Positions 52,425-54,276 of a DNA stretch of 54,276 nt are shown here, piece after piece. Position 1 is the stretch's first letter. Every line of letters begins with the position of its first letter. Location: IMG/VR virus record IMGVR_UViG_3300048895_000205, positions 1-54,276 of that record, one strand, 5' to 3'. This DNA comes from a virus (lineage: Duplodnaviria; Caudoviricetes). The notes beneath the pieces were generated by a model, which was given only the letters and a program-made list of their open reading frames with translations, was not told the origin of the DNA and searched no databases. The position numbers were made by a program, and so were the translations under genes.

Positions 52425-52454
52425 AGTATCGGGGTACGTAGGGGTGCAGGTCAA
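52425..52454 (-). promoter_or_regulatory. promoter with operator in spacer
   Basis: TTGACC-N18-GATACT; spacer contains CCCCTACGTACCCC. Confidence 0.7.
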
Positions 52455-52459
52455 GGGCT

Positions 52460-52741
52460 CTATCTGAGCCGGTGTCCGCCGACCATCCGGGTGTACAGGC
52501 GCACGGAGCGGGGGCCGGTGAACTGGTCCATCCAGTACTGATCGAAGTCGCTGGGACGGAGCATGCGGCCGAGCCGGGCCTCGACGCAACCGATGCAGAG
52601 CATGCCTTCGTGGCTGTCATGGTTGGCCTGAAGCCACGTCTGGTCGATCAGCATGTAGTACTCGTGGATCTCGCTGGTGTTGACACCACAGGTCATGCAG
52701 AACGAGCCGTTGGGCTTGTCGAGGTAGTAGTCAGTGCTCAA
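52460..52741 (-). CDS. zinc-binding phage protein
   Basis: CMTC...EYYM...W...MLCIGCVE.RLGR.L...DF. Confidence 0.75.
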   Translation of the reverse strand: MSTDYYLDKPNGSFCMTCGVNTSEIHEYYMLIDQTWLQANHDSHEGMLCIGCVEARLGRMLRPSDFDQYWMDQFTGPRSVRLYTRMVGGHRLR

Positions 52742-52920
52742 GGAACCCTTCCGATCTTGCGATCCAGGTCCTCGGCGCTGATGAGCCAGTCACGACCGAC
52801 TTTCGTGGCCGGGAGTAACCCTGTATGGATCCAGGCCCTGATGGTCTGGCCTGTGACCCCGGCCCTCTTTGCCGCCTCGGGAACCGCTAACAGCCAAGAG
52901 ACGGCTTCATCGCTGTTCAA
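52738..52920 (-). CDS. excisionase-like HTH protein
   Basis: LL.V.EAA...GV...TIR.WI..G.LPA.KVGR.W.I. Confidence 0.85.
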   Translation of the reverse strand: MNSDEAVSWLLAVPEAAKRAGVTGQTIRAWIHTGLLPATKVGRDWLISAEDLDRKIGRVP

Positions 52921-53231
52921 TCGGCCTCCGAGCGGTACTCAGCAAGCAGTCGGGTCAGCGTCTGTCGCGTCTGACCCGACTGCTTGACCAGCTCTTTCAC
53001 CGAGCCCAGCTCGACCTTGGCCGCGTGGGCACTGTCCCGGCGTACCAATGCCACTCCGGGGAGGAGTTGGTCGCGGAGAACGGTGATCATGGCGCTGGCA
53101 ATGGTCAGCGCTTCGATGGGATCGCGGTCGGCCAGGGCCGCGGTCAGACAGGCGCGGATCTGTGCTTGTTCGGGGGTGTCGGTCCACCCGGCCGGTGCAG
53201 CCAGGGCCTCCTTCACTTGGGCTGGAGTCAT
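52917..53231 (-). CDS. hypothetical protein, possible C-terminal HTH
   Basis: AGAAAGG SD; SVKELVKQSGQTRQTLTRLL. Confidence 0.7.
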   Translation of the reverse strand: MTPAQVKEALAAPAGWTDTPEQAQIRACLTAALADRDPIEALTIASAMITVLRDQLLPGVALVRRDSAHAAKVELGSVKELVKQSGQTRQTLTRLLAEYRSEAD

Positions 53232-53261
53232 AGACTCAGCAACCTTTCTGTTGTGCGAAGA

Positions 53262-53585
53262 TCAAGTGAGGGGATGGTACCCCGGCATCTGTTCCCCCGT
53301 CGCGATGCCGCTCGCAATCAGCTGCGCGGCGTCACAGATGAGTAGGTGCAGGATCATCAACGCGGTGTCGTAGTCGATGGCGTTGATGTGCTCGATGACC
53401 TGGGGACTGCTGCACGGTACGTGGCACTCTTCGCCGCGGGCACGTGCCCTTTCGATGTGCTCGATCTGAAGACGAGTGACGTGCCGGACCATGGCACGGA
53501 TGCTGGCCACGTTCTGGTCGATCGCGGCCCACTGGTGCGCCTTGACGTCGCCTTTGTGCATGAACTCCTCGAACGGACCCATCAC
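53262..53585 (-). CDS. hypothetical protein
   Basis: GTGA overlap. Confidence 0.6.
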   Translation of the reverse strand: MMGPFEEFMHKGDVKAHQWAAIDQNVASIRAMVRHVTRLQIEHIERARARGEECHVPCSSPQVIEHINAIDYDTALMILHLLICDAAQLIASGIATGEQMPGYHPLT

Positions 53586-53704
53586 GCGGCCTTCTTCTCG
53601 CCCTTGGTCGCGGGCTCCGTGTGCTGGCAATCGCACCAGGTCTTGTCCTTGCCGAGCGCGATGCAGTCCGAGTGCCTGCGCGTTCTACAGGGTAGGCAGA
53701 TCAT
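53582..53704 (-). CDS. small Cys/His protein (40 aa)
   Basis: hand-translated MICLPCRTRRHSDC...WCDCQH. Confidence 0.6.
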   Translation of the reverse strand: MICLPCRTRRHSDCIALGKDKTWCDCQHTEPATKGEKKAA

Positions 53705-54029
53705 CAAAGGCCACCTCGCTGTTGGTTGTCATGCCGAGGACAAGGCCGTTCTTCATGGCCTCACGCAGATTGTCCACGTCGCCCCCGACGGTTTCGATCA
53801 TGGCCGCGACCAGGCGCTGGGACAGCTCGTAGATCAGGCAGCACAGCTGCAATTCATCCAGCGGCTTGAGTACTTCCATCATCTTTGTCAGGAAGTCATC
53901 GGCCATCCGATGGTCGCCGTACTTGAGGGCGATGTGACCGTTGACCATGTGGCGCAGGAAGGCGTTCGCCTGGTCTCCTGCTGCCGCAAAAAGCTGGTCG
54001 GCCTCGGCGGCCGTCTTCTCCTCACTCAT
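53685..54029 (-). CDS. hypothetical protein
   Basis: MSEEKTAAE...; GGAAGG upstream. Confidence 0.65.
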   Translation of the reverse strand: MSEEKTAAEADQLFAAAGDQANAFLRHMVNGHIALKYGDHRMADDFLTKMMEVLKPLDELQLCCLIYELSQRLVAAMIETVGGDVDNLREAMKNGLVLGMTTNSEVAFDDLPTL

Positions 54030-54231
54030 ACAGGTTGACCTTCCTCTCCTCCTGCGCCCGGTAGCGCGCCCACGCCCGATTGTCGGCTGCCCGCCAGCCG
54101 ACCGCGAGGACTGCGCAGAGGGGCGATCCCAGCGCCAGGCCGACGGCGATCGCGACTCCTTCAGCCAGTCCCCAGATGCCAAGGCCCATCCACAGGGCTG
54201 CCAGCAGCCATAGAAGGACTGGTCCGGCCAC
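54022..54231 (-). CDS. membrane protein
   Basis: two hydrophobic segments; GAAGG upstream. Confidence 0.6.
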   Translation of the reverse strand: MAGPVLLWLLAALWMGLGIWGLAEGVAIAVGLALGSPLCAVLAVGWRAADNRAWARYRAQEERKVNLYE

Positions 54232-54276
54232 CGCCTTCGGGAGCGGTTCGTCGAGTACCTCAGGACGGTCTCTGTC

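Overview
The window looks like most or all of a high-GC actinobacteriophage genome, siphovirus-type. The host is probably a filamentous actinomycete, inferred from a BldC-like gene and the promoter style. Layout: (1) 43-2902, small rightward genes including a metallophosphoesterase. (2) 2978-13800, a leftward replication/regulation arm: primase-polymerase/SF3 helicase, SSB-like, MazG-like, Cas4-like nuclease, two ParB/Srx-like proteins, BldC-like HTH, AAA+ ATPase, degenerate LAGLIDADG, tRNA-Lys, tRNA-fMet and a ~590-nt hairpin-dense non-coding region. (3) Terminase large subunit, then an inverted cassette with a 247-aa protein followed by an RNA containing a circularly permuted, CCA-bearing tRNA (YrlA/Y-RNA-like topology) and a tRNA-Thr. 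(4) 17631-44682, virion and lysis genes: portal, MuF-like, protease, a 1600-aa multidomain protein ending in a HipA/PI3-4K-like kinase, capsid, tail, short tape measure, GH25 lysin, holin. (5) 44679-54231, leftward accessory genes. I recognised no integrase, canonical repressor, family A/B DNA polymerase, ParA or Ro60. The best candidates for undescribed biology are the protein plus permuted-tRNA RNA module (15700-16870), the large structured RNA (13206-13790), an S4-TACGTA-S4 operator in or beside six leftward promoters, and an attenuator-like four-segment switch ahead of the replication genes. All family names come from motif recognition by eye, with no database search, and start codons are best estimates.
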